A stretch of 64,000 nucleotides of DNA from positions 21,523 to 85,522 of the forward strand of contig JAHISJ010000012.1 of assembly GCA_018818205.1 (NCBI GenBank), in the 5' to 3' direction. Both the position numbers and the translations under genes were made by a program. This stretch comes from Patescibacteria group bacterium. GTDB lineage: Bacteria; Patescibacteriota; JABMPQ01; JAHIRA01. This document shows positions 18,126 through 26,906 of the stretch, piece by piece. Positions within the stretch are counted from its first letter, which is position 1; the number at the start of each line of letters is the position of its first letter. Below the pieces are notes generated by a model, which saw only the letters and a program-made list of their open reading frames with translations, searched no databases and was not told where the DNA came from.

Positions 18126-18629
18126 ATGAAAATATTAATCTTTACAGAGGGTACGATAATAATACATCAAAGCGCACTTGGATGTGATCGTGAGGATGTT
18201 GATAAGCAAGTAAAAAATGAAGATCCGTCGGTACATGACTTCAAGAATTATATCCCTGTAAACAATGCTCCTGATAAAATCAAGGCTTGGCATGATCAGG
18301 GTGTTCAAATTATCTACCTTACATCACGCAAGAAGCAAAACGAGGTTCGACAAATAGAGAATGTCTTAAAAAAACATGGTTTTCCTTCGGGTAAACTACT
18401 GAAGCGAGAAGGTAAGGAGAAATATAAAGACGTTGCCGAAAAGATCATGCCTGATATCATTATTGAAGATGATTGTGAAAGCATTGGGGGCATTAACGAA
18501 GTGACTTTTACTCATATATCGCCGAAAAAGAGAGTGAAAATAAAATCGATTCCTATACAAGAATTTGATGGAATCGATCATTTACCTAACAGCATTTCCA
18601 AGCTCAAACAATATTCGACGACGGGCTAA
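18126..18629 (+). CDS. Cassette 10: HAD-like protein
   Basis: KILIFTEGT (degenerate motif I), IIYLTSR, IIIEDD. Confidence 0.7.
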   Translation: MKILIFTEGTIIIHQSALGCDREDVDKQVKNEDPSVHDFKNYIPVNNAPDKIKAWHDQGVQIIYLTSRKKQNEVRQIENVLKKHGFPSGKLLKREGKEKYKDVAEKIMPDIIIEDDCESIGGINEVTFTHISPKKRVKIKSIPIQEFDGIDHLPNSISKLKQYSTTG

Positions 18630-18639
18630 GGCGAACGGC

Positions 18640-18699
18640 GTACAACAGCGCATTATCCTAAATCGCTTCGCGACTTCGGATAATGCGCGAACGTTAAGT
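18640..18699 (+). repeat. attC10
   Basis: R'' GTACAAC, GCGCATTATCC/GGATAATGCGC arms, R' GTTAAGT. Confidence 0.9.
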
Positions 18700-18725
18700 G
18701 AAATACATAATTATTTTTTTATTAA

Positions 18726-19253
18726 ATGGAAAAGTTAGTGCAAAATATGCTATTTGAAAGAATAATGGAGCAATTTTTTGGCGCTCGCACACGCGGGATT
18801 GCCACTTCAAGAGAAAACAATCGTGAGGTAAAAAAAAGGTTCAAAGAAGCGATTAGAAAGCTTATAAAACATGCAAATACAATAGAGACAAATATTGATT
18901 ACAAAGAAAAAATATTATCACAACTTGAATCCCTCGAAAAGAAAGCAGGAAAGGAATATTTATCCCAAGAAACAATTCTAAGACTTCTAAGTTTGTGTGG
19001 TCTACTATTTGGTTACGACGAATTTGATGGCAAGATACACACCAACGTTTACTACTGTCAAAGATCTGGCAAAGAGTATACGGGATTTAGTGGTTTGGAC
19101 TTATTAAGGAAAATGGAGTCTAATGAAAATAACATTATTGCTTACAGAAAGAAGTTAGTTAAGAGCTTGAAGGAAGAAAAGCTTTCAAATTATAAAATTT
19201 CAGTAATTCTAAACACTTCAGAAAAAGAAATCGGTAAATTGACGAAAAAATAA
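18726..19253 (+). CDS. Cassette 11: hypothetical protein with C-terminal HTH-like segment
   Basis: LSNYKISVILNTSEKEIGKL at the C-terminus. Confidence 0.65.
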   Translation: MEKLVQNMLFERIMEQFFGARTRGIATSRENNREVKKRFKEAIRKLIKHANTIETNIDYKEKILSQLESLEKKAGKEYLSQETILRLLSLCGLLFGYDEFDGKIHTNVYYCQRSGKEYTGFSGLDLLRKMESNENNIIAYRKKLVKSLKEEKLSNYKISVILNTSEKEIGKLTKK

Positions 19254-19264
19254 TTATGTACTTC

Positions 19265-19388
19265 ACTTAACAAGGTATAAGCGGTTCCGTTCAGTCGTTT
19301 CACTCCTTCACTTCACCCATATTGCACGGGTGTACGCTTTCAGCGTATTATACACCCGCGCAACATCGCTTGCACCTAGACGTTATCG
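19265..19388 (+). repeat. attC11
   Basis: R'' ACTTAAC, AGGTATAAGCG/CGCTTGCACCT arms, R' GTTATCG. Confidence 0.85.
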
Positions 19389-19428
19389 GAAATTAAGAAA
19401 AGTCTCCGTTTGGTGATTTTAAATTTTT

Positions 19429-20028
19429 ATGGAAGACAAAATAGTCAAGAACAAAATAAAAGATTTAGTTGCTTCGGTTGTCCCATATGATCAATTAGAA
19501 AAAGATCACATAGAAAATATCTGTGACTGGATTTCAAGCGATGCAAACATTTTTCGTATGCAAAAAGATGCTGTTCCTCCAAAACATCTTGTAAGCTATA
19601 CTCCTGTTGTTGATTCTGCCCAGGAAAAGGTGTTTCTTTTTGACCATAAAAAGGCAAAACTTATGTTGCCTAGCGGTGGACACATCGAAGTCAATGAAAT
19701 GCCTCTAGTTGCTGCAAAGAGAGAACTTAAGGAAGAATTGGGGTTATCCCTTGAAAAATATTCACCAGATAATAAACAGACAGAAGCACCTTTTTTCGTT
19801 ACAGTTACTCAAACAGTTGGAATTAGTGAGCCTCACGCAGATGTTTCTTTGTGGTACTTATTCAAAGAAGACGCAACTAAATCTTTTAAGTCAGATGGCG
19901 ATGAATACAGCAAGGAGTTTGATGATTTTCATTGGCTCAGCTTTGACGAAGTGCTTGAATCTTCAATTGAAAAGTTTGATCCACATATGCATCGACTAAT
20001 CCAGAAAATCAGAAAATATAAAAAATGA
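19429..20028 (+). CDS. Cassette 12: NUDIX hydrolase
   Basis: GGHIEVNEMPLVAAKRELKEELG Nudix box. Confidence 0.9.
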   Translation: MEDKIVKNKIKDLVASVVPYDQLEKDHIENICDWISSDANIFRMQKDAVPPKHLVSYTPVVDSAQEKVFLFDHKKAKLMLPSGGHIEVNEMPLVAAKRELKEELGLSLEKYSPDNKQTEAPFFVTVTQTVGISEPHADVSLWYLFKEDATKSFKSDGDEYSKEFDDFHWLSFDEVLESSIEKFDPHMHRLIQKIRKYKK

Positions 20029-20063
20029 GGTATGGAGAGCTGAACCGACTTTTTCTTAACATC

Positions 20064-20256
20064 TGATAACAATGAACAACTGGTTTCAGAAAATTGACTC
20101 TTTGTAATTTTAAAGGACTGTCAATTTTCTTCCACCCATATTTTTCGCCTCCGAATGGTGGTAATTCAACGCTACTGCTCGATAAACAATTGTACTAAAA
20201 TGGCCGAAAGTGCAATAGTAACGGCGAAAAACATCAGATATTCACGAACGTTATAC
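20064..20256 (+). repeat. attC12 (very long, ~190 bp)
   Basis: R'' TGATAAC, TGAACAACTG/CAGATATTCA arms, two internal hairpins, R' GTTATAC. Confidence 0.75.
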
Positions 20257-20320
20257 GACATATTTTGATGGCAATAAAAAACGAATGTTTTAAAAACTTT
20301 TATTAAGATACAATATTATT

Positions 20321-21004
20321 GTGAAAACAGCAGGGATAATTGGAGGTCTTGGTCCAGAAACTACAGCAAAGTTTTATTTAGAAGTTATTTTTTCTTGCCA
20401 AGAACTTAATAAATCAAACAGACCTCCACTTGTTATTACGAGCGTCCCTCTTCCATATGCACTGGAAAAAGACGCAATTGTAAATAATTCTAATCTGCAA
20501 AAATGCTTACCATATCTTGTTGCAGAAGCTAAAAGATTAGAAAAAGCAGGTGCCGATTTTATTGTTATGCCCTGTAATTCACTATATCTGTTTATTGATG
20601 ATATTCGTAAAAATGTTGGCATTCCTGTTTTAAGCATCATTGAGAAAACGGCAGAATTTTTGCAAAAAAAGAGGTTCAACTACGTAGGCATTGTCTCTAC
20701 AGCAATCACCGCACAACACAAATTATATGAAAATGAATTGTCTGGAAGAGGCATGCGATATGTTTCTCCAAATGAGAATGATCAAGTCAAACTTAATCAA
20801 ATTGTTTACAAATTGGTAGTTAGAGAAAAAGACGACTCGCTGAAAAAACAACTACTGGACATTATGAGTAAGTTTGACAAACCTGATTGTGTTGTGCTTG
20901 CGTGTACGGATTTACAATTGCTTAAACCCGTATTAGAAAAAATAGATGTGTTTGATACAATGAAGATACTGGCGGACGCTACAGTTAAAGAAATATTGAA
21001 ATAA
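20321..21004 (+). CDS. Cassette 13: aspartate/glutamate racemase family protein
   Basis: GIIGGLGPETT, MPCNS and LACTDL catalytic cysteine motifs. Confidence 0.92.
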   Translation: MKTAGIIGGLGPETTAKFYLEVIFSCQELNKSNRPPLVITSVPLPYALEKDAIVNNSNLQKCLPYLVAEAKRLEKAGADFIVMPCNSLYLFIDDIRKNVGIPVLSIIEKTAEFLQKKRFNYVGIVSTAITAQHKLYENELSGRGMRYVSPNENDQVKLNQIVYKLVVREKDDSLKKQLLDIMSKFDKPDCVVLACTDLQLLKPVLEKIDVFDTMKILADATVKEILK

Positions 21005-21088
21005 AAGTTTTTAAAATTATTATGAAATTTCCATCAAAATACGCTAAAGCCACGCTGCGCTCTCACTCCACTTTGTTCCGTTCGGGTC

Positions 21089-21188
21089 ATATAACAAGGG
21101 ATATACGGATTAGCCCTCGGCTCGGGCTTCACCCAAATTTTTCTTCCGCTTCGCTACAGAAAAACTTCGTATATCCTTAACGTTGTGT
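21089..21188 (+). repeat. attC13
   Basis: R'' ATATAAC, GGATATACG/CGTATATCC arms, R' GTTGTGT. Confidence 0.85.
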
Positions 21189-21218
21189 GTAATTCAAATT
21201 GTTTCTAAATATTTTTCT

Positions 21219-21677
21219 ATGATTAAAATTCGGACATTCAGAAATAGTGACACTTCTGAAATAATCAGACTTACTACCACGGTAGTAAAGGAATTTCTAG
21301 ATTATACCGATGAGGACTTGCAAGATTTAATCACTGATTTATCTGATATAAAGAAAAACTATCTTGATAAGGGCGGAAATTTTATTGTATGCACAATCAA
21401 TGATAATATTATTGGAACTATCGCATTACTACCTCAGAAAAAACATGTAGTTAAATTAAAAAGAATGTACTTATACAAAGCATACCGAGGGAAAGAGCAT
21501 GGTTCAAACATTTTTAATTTTGCGGAAAACTGGTGCAAGGACAATGATTTTAATAAAATAATTTTATCAACCTACCCGCCTTTTACTGGTTCAAAATTTT
21601 ACAAAAAAATGGGATTCAATATATACAAAAATATTGGTAAAAAAACGTTTTACGAAAAATATTTAGAAACAATTTAA
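21219..21677 (+). CDS. Cassette 14: GNAT acetyltransferase
   Basis: LKRMYLYKAYRGKEHGS...FYKKMGF. Confidence 0.88.
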   Translation: MIKIRTFRNSDTSEIIRLTTTVVKEFLDYTDEDLQDLITDLSDIKKNYLDKGGNFIVCTINDNIIGTIALLPQKKHVVKLKRMYLYKAYRGKEHGSNIFNFAENWCKDNDFNKIILSTYPPFTGSKFYKKMGFNIYKNIGKKTFYEKYLETI

Positions 21678-21707
21678 ACTCTCCGCTGTCGCTCCGCTCT
21701 TCGGGTC

Positions 21708-21766
21708 ATACAACAGCGCATATCCAAAATCGCTTCGCGACTTCGAATGAAACGCAAACGTTATGT
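21708..21766 (+). repeat. attC14
   Basis: R'' ATACAAC, R' GTTATGT; related to attC10. Confidence 0.8.
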
Positions 21767-21832
21767 GACATGCCATTAATTTTTAATGTTCAATAGAGCC
21801 TAGAATGATATAATTATTAAATATTAATTAAA

Positions 21833-22939
21833 ATGATGGGTATCGAAGATGCAAAAAATCCAGAAATTATAGATCAATCGATAGAACATCCTGTTGCCGA
21901 TATTCCAAAGTCAGAAAAACAAACTGCGCAAAAAGAAGCTTCACCAGAAAAAAGAATGCAAGCTGAAAAAACAGTGTTGGATACACTTGGGATTGGATCA
22001 GATGAAAAGTTAGATGATTTTGATAAAAAACTAAATGAAGCAACAAAATCATTGCCCAGATACCAACAAATTGAGAAAAAGCTTGAAGGAATTGAACGAC
22101 AAAATCTGCCTTATGAACTATTCAAAGCGTTAAAGAGAGATTCAGATGAAGAACAGATTGATCAGAATGCGCCAAAAGACGGGGTTTTGATTCAATCAAT
22201 GAAACAAGGACCACTTGCGTGCGCAGGCAGAACCTTAATAGCCTCATCTCTTTTACAAGAACATGGGATAGGCCACGTGCCTGTTTCTGCGCCAAAACAT
22301 GCTTTAATAATTATTGAGCAATCGCCAGATACGATGGCATATTTTGACGCTAACAATAATCTTTTCTTCACATTTCCAAAATCAGCCCTTGACGGCTATG
22401 AAGGGTTAGAAACATCTGCAGAATGTAGGCTCAAGGAATACACTCCAAGAGAAACGGATTTTAATGACGGAATAACGACAGCTTATTCTCACTTTGTTGC
22501 AATGCCTGCAAAAGAAGCTATTGGAAGGCAATATTTGGGCAACGTTGCGGCAGCTCTAAATGGAAATGAAGAATTTGAGTCAAGTGGCATTACGAAAGAT
22601 GAAGAAGCCTCTGAAGCCACTCATCAAATTGAAACCGAAGTATATGGCGTAAACCCAGTACTCGTTAGTTTCCATTCAAGAGTCGAGACACTTTATAAGA
22701 AAGAAAAGGCACGAACTGCAAGCTATAGAAAAGTAGCAAGTGAAGTTTTGCAAACACACCCCACACATGATGATTTTGTTTCTTTTTTTACAAAGGTTTT
22801 AGACGGAAATATCAGCGACGGAATTCCCTTTATTAAAAATGCTTCTCCTGAACGAAAAAGAGTATACGCTGACAATGTCTGGGATTTTCTGCAGAAAGAA
22901 ATAAAGACGAAAGCAAAAGAGGAAGATAAAAATATTTAA
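21833..22939 (+). CDS. Cassette 15: hypothetical protein with transglutaminase-like Cys-His-Asp pattern
   Basis: LACAGRT...PKHALII...YFDANN. Confidence 0.55.
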   Translation: MMGIEDAKNPEIIDQSIEHPVADIPKSEKQTAQKEASPEKRMQAEKTVLDTLGIGSDEKLDDFDKKLNEATKSLPRYQQIEKKLEGIERQNLPYELFKALKRDSDEEQIDQNAPKDGVLIQSMKQGPLACAGRTLIASSLLQEHGIGHVPVSAPKHALIIIEQSPDTMAYFDANNNLFFTFPKSALDGYEGLETSAECRLKEYTPRETDFNDGITTAYSHFVAMPAKEAIGRQYLGNVAAALNGNEEFESSGITKDEEASEATHQIETEVYGVNPVLVSFHSRVETLYKKEKARTASYRKVASEVLQTHPTHDDFVSFFTKVLDGNISDGIPFIKNASPERKRVYADNVWDFLQKEIKTKAKEEDKNI

Positions 22940-22948
22940 TGGCACATC

Positions 22949-23017
22949 ATATAACAAGGTTTATCTGAAATTCACTCCACTACGTTCCATGATCTTCAGA
23001 TAAACAATACGTTGTCT
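22949..23017 (+). repeat. attC15
   Basis: R'' ATATAAC, GTTTATCTGAA/TTCAGATAAAC arms, R' GTTGTCT. Confidence 0.88.
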
Positions 23018-23157
23018 GAAATACATTTTTTATACTACTTAAATGCTTTGTGTGCACAAGTAGTGTTTGCCTAATTGCTACATATATGATACAATTGACA
23101 GCAATAAAATGGCTTTAATAAGACATATTTAGTAACTAAATGCTACATAATTAATGT

Positions 23158-24312
23158 ATGGTTGTTACATCTAAACATTCAAAAATCACACTCTTTGAAC
23201 CAGATTTCGGGTCAAGTCTTACTGATCTAATTATTGAGCTTGATTATCTTCGTAAAAAACCTCTTGGTGGAACTACTCACCCAGTGATTTTTTTTCAACT
23301 AAAAAATATATTCCATATGCTTGAGAGCATTGGTTCTTCTAGAATCGAGGGGAACCACACAACAGTAGCTGAGTATATTGAGACAAAGATAGAAGGGAAA
23401 AAATCTAAAAATGAAAAAGATATAGAAATTCAGAACCTTGAGAAAGCAATGGAATTTATTGATAAAAATGTCAAAAAATATAAAGTAAACAGAATTTTTC
23501 TAAGCGAGCTACATAAACAAGTAGTAAAAGATCTTACCTCACCTCCTAGTGGCGAAGGAAGTGTAGATCCTGGTCAATACAGAGCGAAGAATTGTGAAAT
23601 TGTGAAATCTAAACATATTCCGCCAGACTTCACACAAGTAGATGATTACATGAAAGAATTTTTTAACTTTATCAATAAAGAGAGTGCTGCAAAATACGAT
23701 TTGTTAAAAGTTGCCGTTTCTTATCATCGTTTTGCATGGATTCATCCATTTGATAATGGGAATGGAAGAACCGTTAGATTACTAACATATGCGATGTTAG
23801 TAAAACAAGGATTCAATGTAAACGTTGGAAGAATTTTGAATCCAACGGCTATTTTTTGTATTGATCGCAAGAAATACTATGATGCACTTTCTTGGGCCGA
23901 TAGGGGTACAAAAAAAGGAGAACTTGAATGGTGTGAATACGTTCTGTCAGGACTCAAGAAAGAAATAGAAAAAATTGATAAGCTTTCTGACTATGAATAT
24001 CTTGCAAATAAAATTCTGATTCCCATGATATCATACTCTTTAGATAGGAAGACTATTACAGATCTAGAGTCTAAAATATTGCGAATTGCTGTTGAGAAAC
24101 AGGTTTTTATGTCTTCAGATATAAAAACACTTATGCCTAATAAAGTATATACTGAGAGATCTAGAGTTTTACGAAAACTAAAGAACAAGAAGATGATTGC
24201 CCCCGAAAAGGGTAAATCAAGGAAGTATACCCTAAGATTTGATAATAACTATCTCCTAAGAGGTGTCATTGATGCTTTAGAAAAAGAGGGATTTATTCCA
24301 ATTAGAAATTAA
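23158..24312 (+). CDS. Cassette 16: Fic family protein
   Basis: SSRIEGN and HPFDNGNGRTVR. Confidence 0.93.
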   Translation: MVVTSKHSKITLFEPDFGSSLTDLIIELDYLRKKPLGGTTHPVIFFQLKNIFHMLESIGSSRIEGNHTTVAEYIETKIEGKKSKNEKDIEIQNLEKAMEFIDKNVKKYKVNRIFLSELHKQVVKDLTSPPSGEGSVDPGQYRAKNCEIVKSKHIPPDFTQVDDYMKEFFNFINKESAAKYDLLKVAVSYHRFAWIHPFDNGNGRTVRLLTYAMLVKQGFNVNVGRILNPTAIFCIDRKKYYDALSWADRGTKKGELEWCEYVLSGLKKEIEKIDKLSDYEYLANKILIPMISYSLDRKTITDLESKILRIAVEKQVFMSSDIKTLMPNKVYTERSRVLRKLKNKKMIAPEKGKSRKYTLRFDNNYLLRGVIDALEKEGFIPIRN

Positions 24313-24331
24313 ATAGAAGAGAATTTACTTC

Positions 24332-24397
24332 AGACAACTAAGAATATCAGAAATTCATTCCGCTCCGATAAGCTTCTGTTACACACAAACGTTAGGC
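24332..24397 (+). repeat. attC16
   Basis: R'' AGACAAC, R' GTTAGGC; related to attC3 and attC7. Confidence 0.8.
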
Positions 24398-24417
24398 GAT
24401 GTAATTATTAAATTTTT

Positions 24418-24954
24418 ATGAAATTATTAGAACTAGCTACCGATGAGGTAGTGACAATGGATGATTATCCAATACATGATTTATTAGACGGTGATAGTGT
24501 AATAATAAAACTGTATTTTAGAATTTTTCAAAAAAAGTGCACAAGTATTATTGCTAGAGTTATTGTTCTCCCAAAAGAATTGATAGTGTCTTCTTTCACT
24601 GAAGCAACAAAGAAAAATTTTGCAAATTTTGAAAAGAGCCACCCAAAAGTAAAATACTTTGCACTAGATGGTAATCATCGAACTACTGCTGCATCACTCA
24701 CGCAATCCAAAATTCCAGCACTACTTCTTAAAAATGATAAGGATTGTAAAGATATACAAAAAATGAATGATAGCGCTGGTGTTTTTAGACCTTATACTAA
24801 TAATACGCTCAATGAATGTGTTCTTGAGTTAAAAGATCATTTTTTAAAAGTTGATCAGTTTTATACTGTAAGAGAAAAAACTAGAATGATGGTTGAAGAT
24901 ATATCAATAGATATGCCTCAATACATGAGGGATAGCTTTAACCGAAAAATATAA
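24418..24954 (+). CDS. Cassette 17: ParB/Srx-like domain protein
   Basis: YFALDGNHRTTAA motif. Confidence 0.6.
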   Translation: MKLLELATDEVVTMDDYPIHDLLDGDSVIIKLYFRIFQKKCTSIIARVIVLPKELIVSSFTEATKKNFANFEKSHPKVKYFALDGNHRTTAASLTQSKIPALLLKNDKDCKDIQKMNDSAGVFRPYTNNTLNECVLELKDHFLKVDQFYTVREKTRMMVEDISIDMPQYMRDSFNRKI

Positions 24955-24964
24955 TAATTACATC

Positions 24965-24985
24965 GCCTAACGTTCGAGAATATCA
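24965..24985 (+). repeat. attC17 remnant (deleted), fusing cassettes 17 and 18
   Basis: R'' GCCTAAC followed by only a short L''-like stub before the next ATG. Confidence 0.6.
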
Positions 24986-24991
24986 TAGAAC

Positions 24992-25672
24992 ATGAATATT
25001 AAAAAACATAGCACAGCAAAAGGCTCACAACGCGCCACCGGCATTGTTGTGATCATTGACGTCCTTCGAGCATGCACAACTATTCCTATACTTCTGAAGA
25101 ACGGTGCAGACACCATTATCCCTGTAAAAACCATTGATGATGCTCAGAAATATCTAAACCGTGGTTATGTGCTTATAGGAGAAGGTAAAAATGGTTGTAT
25201 CCACGATTCATTCCATTATTGCAACTCACCTTCTGAAATTCACTCGATAGATTTTACAGAAAAAAATTTAGTAATTAGAAGTAACAACGCAACACAAGCA
25301 ATTCTCAATATTGAGAAGGCTACAGACATTATTTTAGCTTCATTTGTTAATCTTGAAGCGATAGTAACCTACATCAATGATCACTACGCCAAAGATGTGG
25401 CGCTTGTCCCTCTTGGCAGATTAAACCAAGAGGGGTTGGAAGATGAATTATGCGCTGAAGCAATCAAATTGCGTCTCGAGAATACCTTTTTTGATTTCGA
25501 AAAGATGAAAAAAGAGATAAATGACTGTCCTTGTGCAAAGCTCGTCAGAGATACGCTAGATAAACCAGAAGATGTGGCATTTGCATTAGAACTTAATTCA
25601 TATCCAATAGTTCCCAAAGTCTATACAGAAGACGGGCAAAAAGTTATCAAAAATGCTAGCCTTAATGACTAA
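24992..25672 (+). CDS. Cassette 18: 2-phosphosulfolactate phosphatase (ComB) family
   Basis: VIIDVLRACTT, CNSPSE, SNNAT, LEDELCA. Confidence 0.88.
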   Translation: MNIKKHSTAKGSQRATGIVVIIDVLRACTTIPILLKNGADTIIPVKTIDDAQKYLNRGYVLIGEGKNGCIHDSFHYCNSPSEIHSIDFTEKNLVIRSNNATQAILNIEKATDIILASFVNLEAIVTYINDHYAKDVALVPLGRLNQEGLEDELCAEAIKLRLENTFFDFEKMKKEINDCPCAKLVRDTLDKPEDVAFALELNSYPIVPKVYTEDGQKVIKNASLND

Positions 25673-25684
25673 GAAACAAACATC

Positions 25685-25753
25685 ATATAACAAGTCCATC
25701 AAAAACTCACTCCACGTCGCTCTATGAACTTCGGGTACTCTCGGGCACTAGGC
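25685..25753 (+). repeat. attC18, degenerate, array terminus
   Basis: R'' ATATAAC, eroded arms, R' degenerated to ACTAGGC. Confidence 0.55.
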
Positions 25754-25827
25754 AAACTGTTAACCACAATCTCCTTCTCCCCTTTTAAAAACTATGCTAC
25801 TATATAATTGAAAATTAAATTACATGT

Positions 25828-26415
25828 ATGCCTGAAGAAGAAACAAAAGATCCAAACCCAGAGCAAAAAAGAGAAAAAGCGCCTTCGCGTCTTACGAGTG
25901 AAGACATTAAAGAGTATTTGCAGTCAACGGAGCAAACGACCGAGCCTCAAAATATACTCATGCAATGGGAGGCACCTGAGTTTAAGCAGGTTTCAAGACC
26001 ACGACAATGGTACATTCTTTTTGGAATTGTAGGCGTAGCCATTGCAATATTCGCAGTCATAACTGCAAACTACCTCTTTGCCCTTATAATCGTGCTTCTT
26101 GCGGTTGTTTTAAACTCATTTTTTAGTAAAAAACCAAAGAAACTTTCCTTTGCCATTACCCCTGAAGGTATAGTTGTCAATAAGAAACTGTATGTATTTG
26201 GACAAGAGGTTCAATCATTTTGGATACTCTATGATCCCCCAAATTTAAAATCACTTCACTTTGGAAAACGATCATCACTCCAACCAAGCATTACTGTTGA
26301 GCTTCAGGATCAAAATCCACTTAAAGTAAGAGAAATTCTGCTTAACTACCTCCCAGAAGATGTTGAACGAGAAGAGCATCCCGTTGATTCAACTTTTAGA
26401 AACTGGGGATTTTAG
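25828..26415 (+). CDS. Conserved CPR-type membrane protein (two TM + PH-like domain)
   Basis: WEAPEF..RPRQWY, two TM segments, ITPEGI, SFWI, EREEHPVD. Confidence 0.75.
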   Translation: MPEEETKDPNPEQKREKAPSRLTSEDIKEYLQSTEQTTEPQNILMQWEAPEFKQVSRPRQWYILFGIVGVAIAIFAVITANYLFALIIVLLAVVLNSFFSKKPKKLSFAITPEGIVVNKKLYVFGQEVQSFWILYDPPNLKSLHFGKRSSLQPSITVELQDQNPLKVREILLNYLPEDVEREEHPVDSTFRNWGF

Positions 26416-26491
26416 CAAAAAAGTCTTCAAACTAGTTCTAAAAAATGCTACTCTATTGGAGTAGCTTTTTATGTGTGGAAATACTTTTGAT

Positions 26492-26564
26492 GCCCCGATA
26501 GCTCAGTGGATAGAGCGCTTCCCTGCGGAGGAAGAGGTCGGACGTTCGAGTCGTCCTCGGGGCA
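26492..26564 (+). tRNA. tRNA-Arg(GCG)
   Basis: GCCCCGA/TCGGGGC acceptor stem; CTTCC-CTGCGGA-GGAAG anticodon arm; GTTCGAGT T-loop. Confidence 0.93.
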
Positions 26565-26683
26565 CGTCGGAACAATATTCCAGTCTGCGCATGCACCTTC
26601 GCTACGCTACGGTGCCTGCTCCGACTTCCATATTGTTCCTCCTTCTCCCCAAGAAATCAGAATTTCTCGGGGGCCCCATTCTC
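26565..26683 (-). repeat. Third, inverted copy of the ~120 bp tRNA-abutting repeat
   Basis: Reverse complement aligns to 3083-3207 (GGGCCCCCGA...GGAGGAACAATATGGAAG...CTGGAATATTGTTCCGACG). Confidence 0.85.
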
Positions 26684-26906
26684 TTGTTTTATGTTCTCAT
26701 CCGCTGCATTACGAAATTGACTCCACCTTCCAAAGTGTTTCTCATTACTCCCCATTCCCTCCTATATCATCCCGGAATTCACTTTCTTAAGTGGAAATCC
26801 GGGATCTCGTAGTTTACCTGTAAGCACGGAGATCCCGGATCAGTCTTCAAAAAACTGTCCATGATGACAGCTACCCATTCTCTTACATTTTCAGTAACCA
26901 TTTCTC

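Larger units (their letters stand above)
3524..25753 (+). mobile_element. Integron gene-cassette array (~18 cassettes); no intI in window (CALIN-like)
   Basis: Co-oriented unrelated genes, each followed by an imperfect palindrome bounded by ...AAC (R'') and GTT... (R'). Each cassette's R'' is complementary to its own leading R'. Confidence 0.92.

Noticed and set aside
17981-18187. 68 aa ORF across attC9
   Set aside because: It lies mostly within the attC palindrome and overlaps the real cassette gene.
26471-26812. ORFs 26471-26812 and 26506-26790
   Set aside because: They overlap tRNA-Arg and the repeat element.
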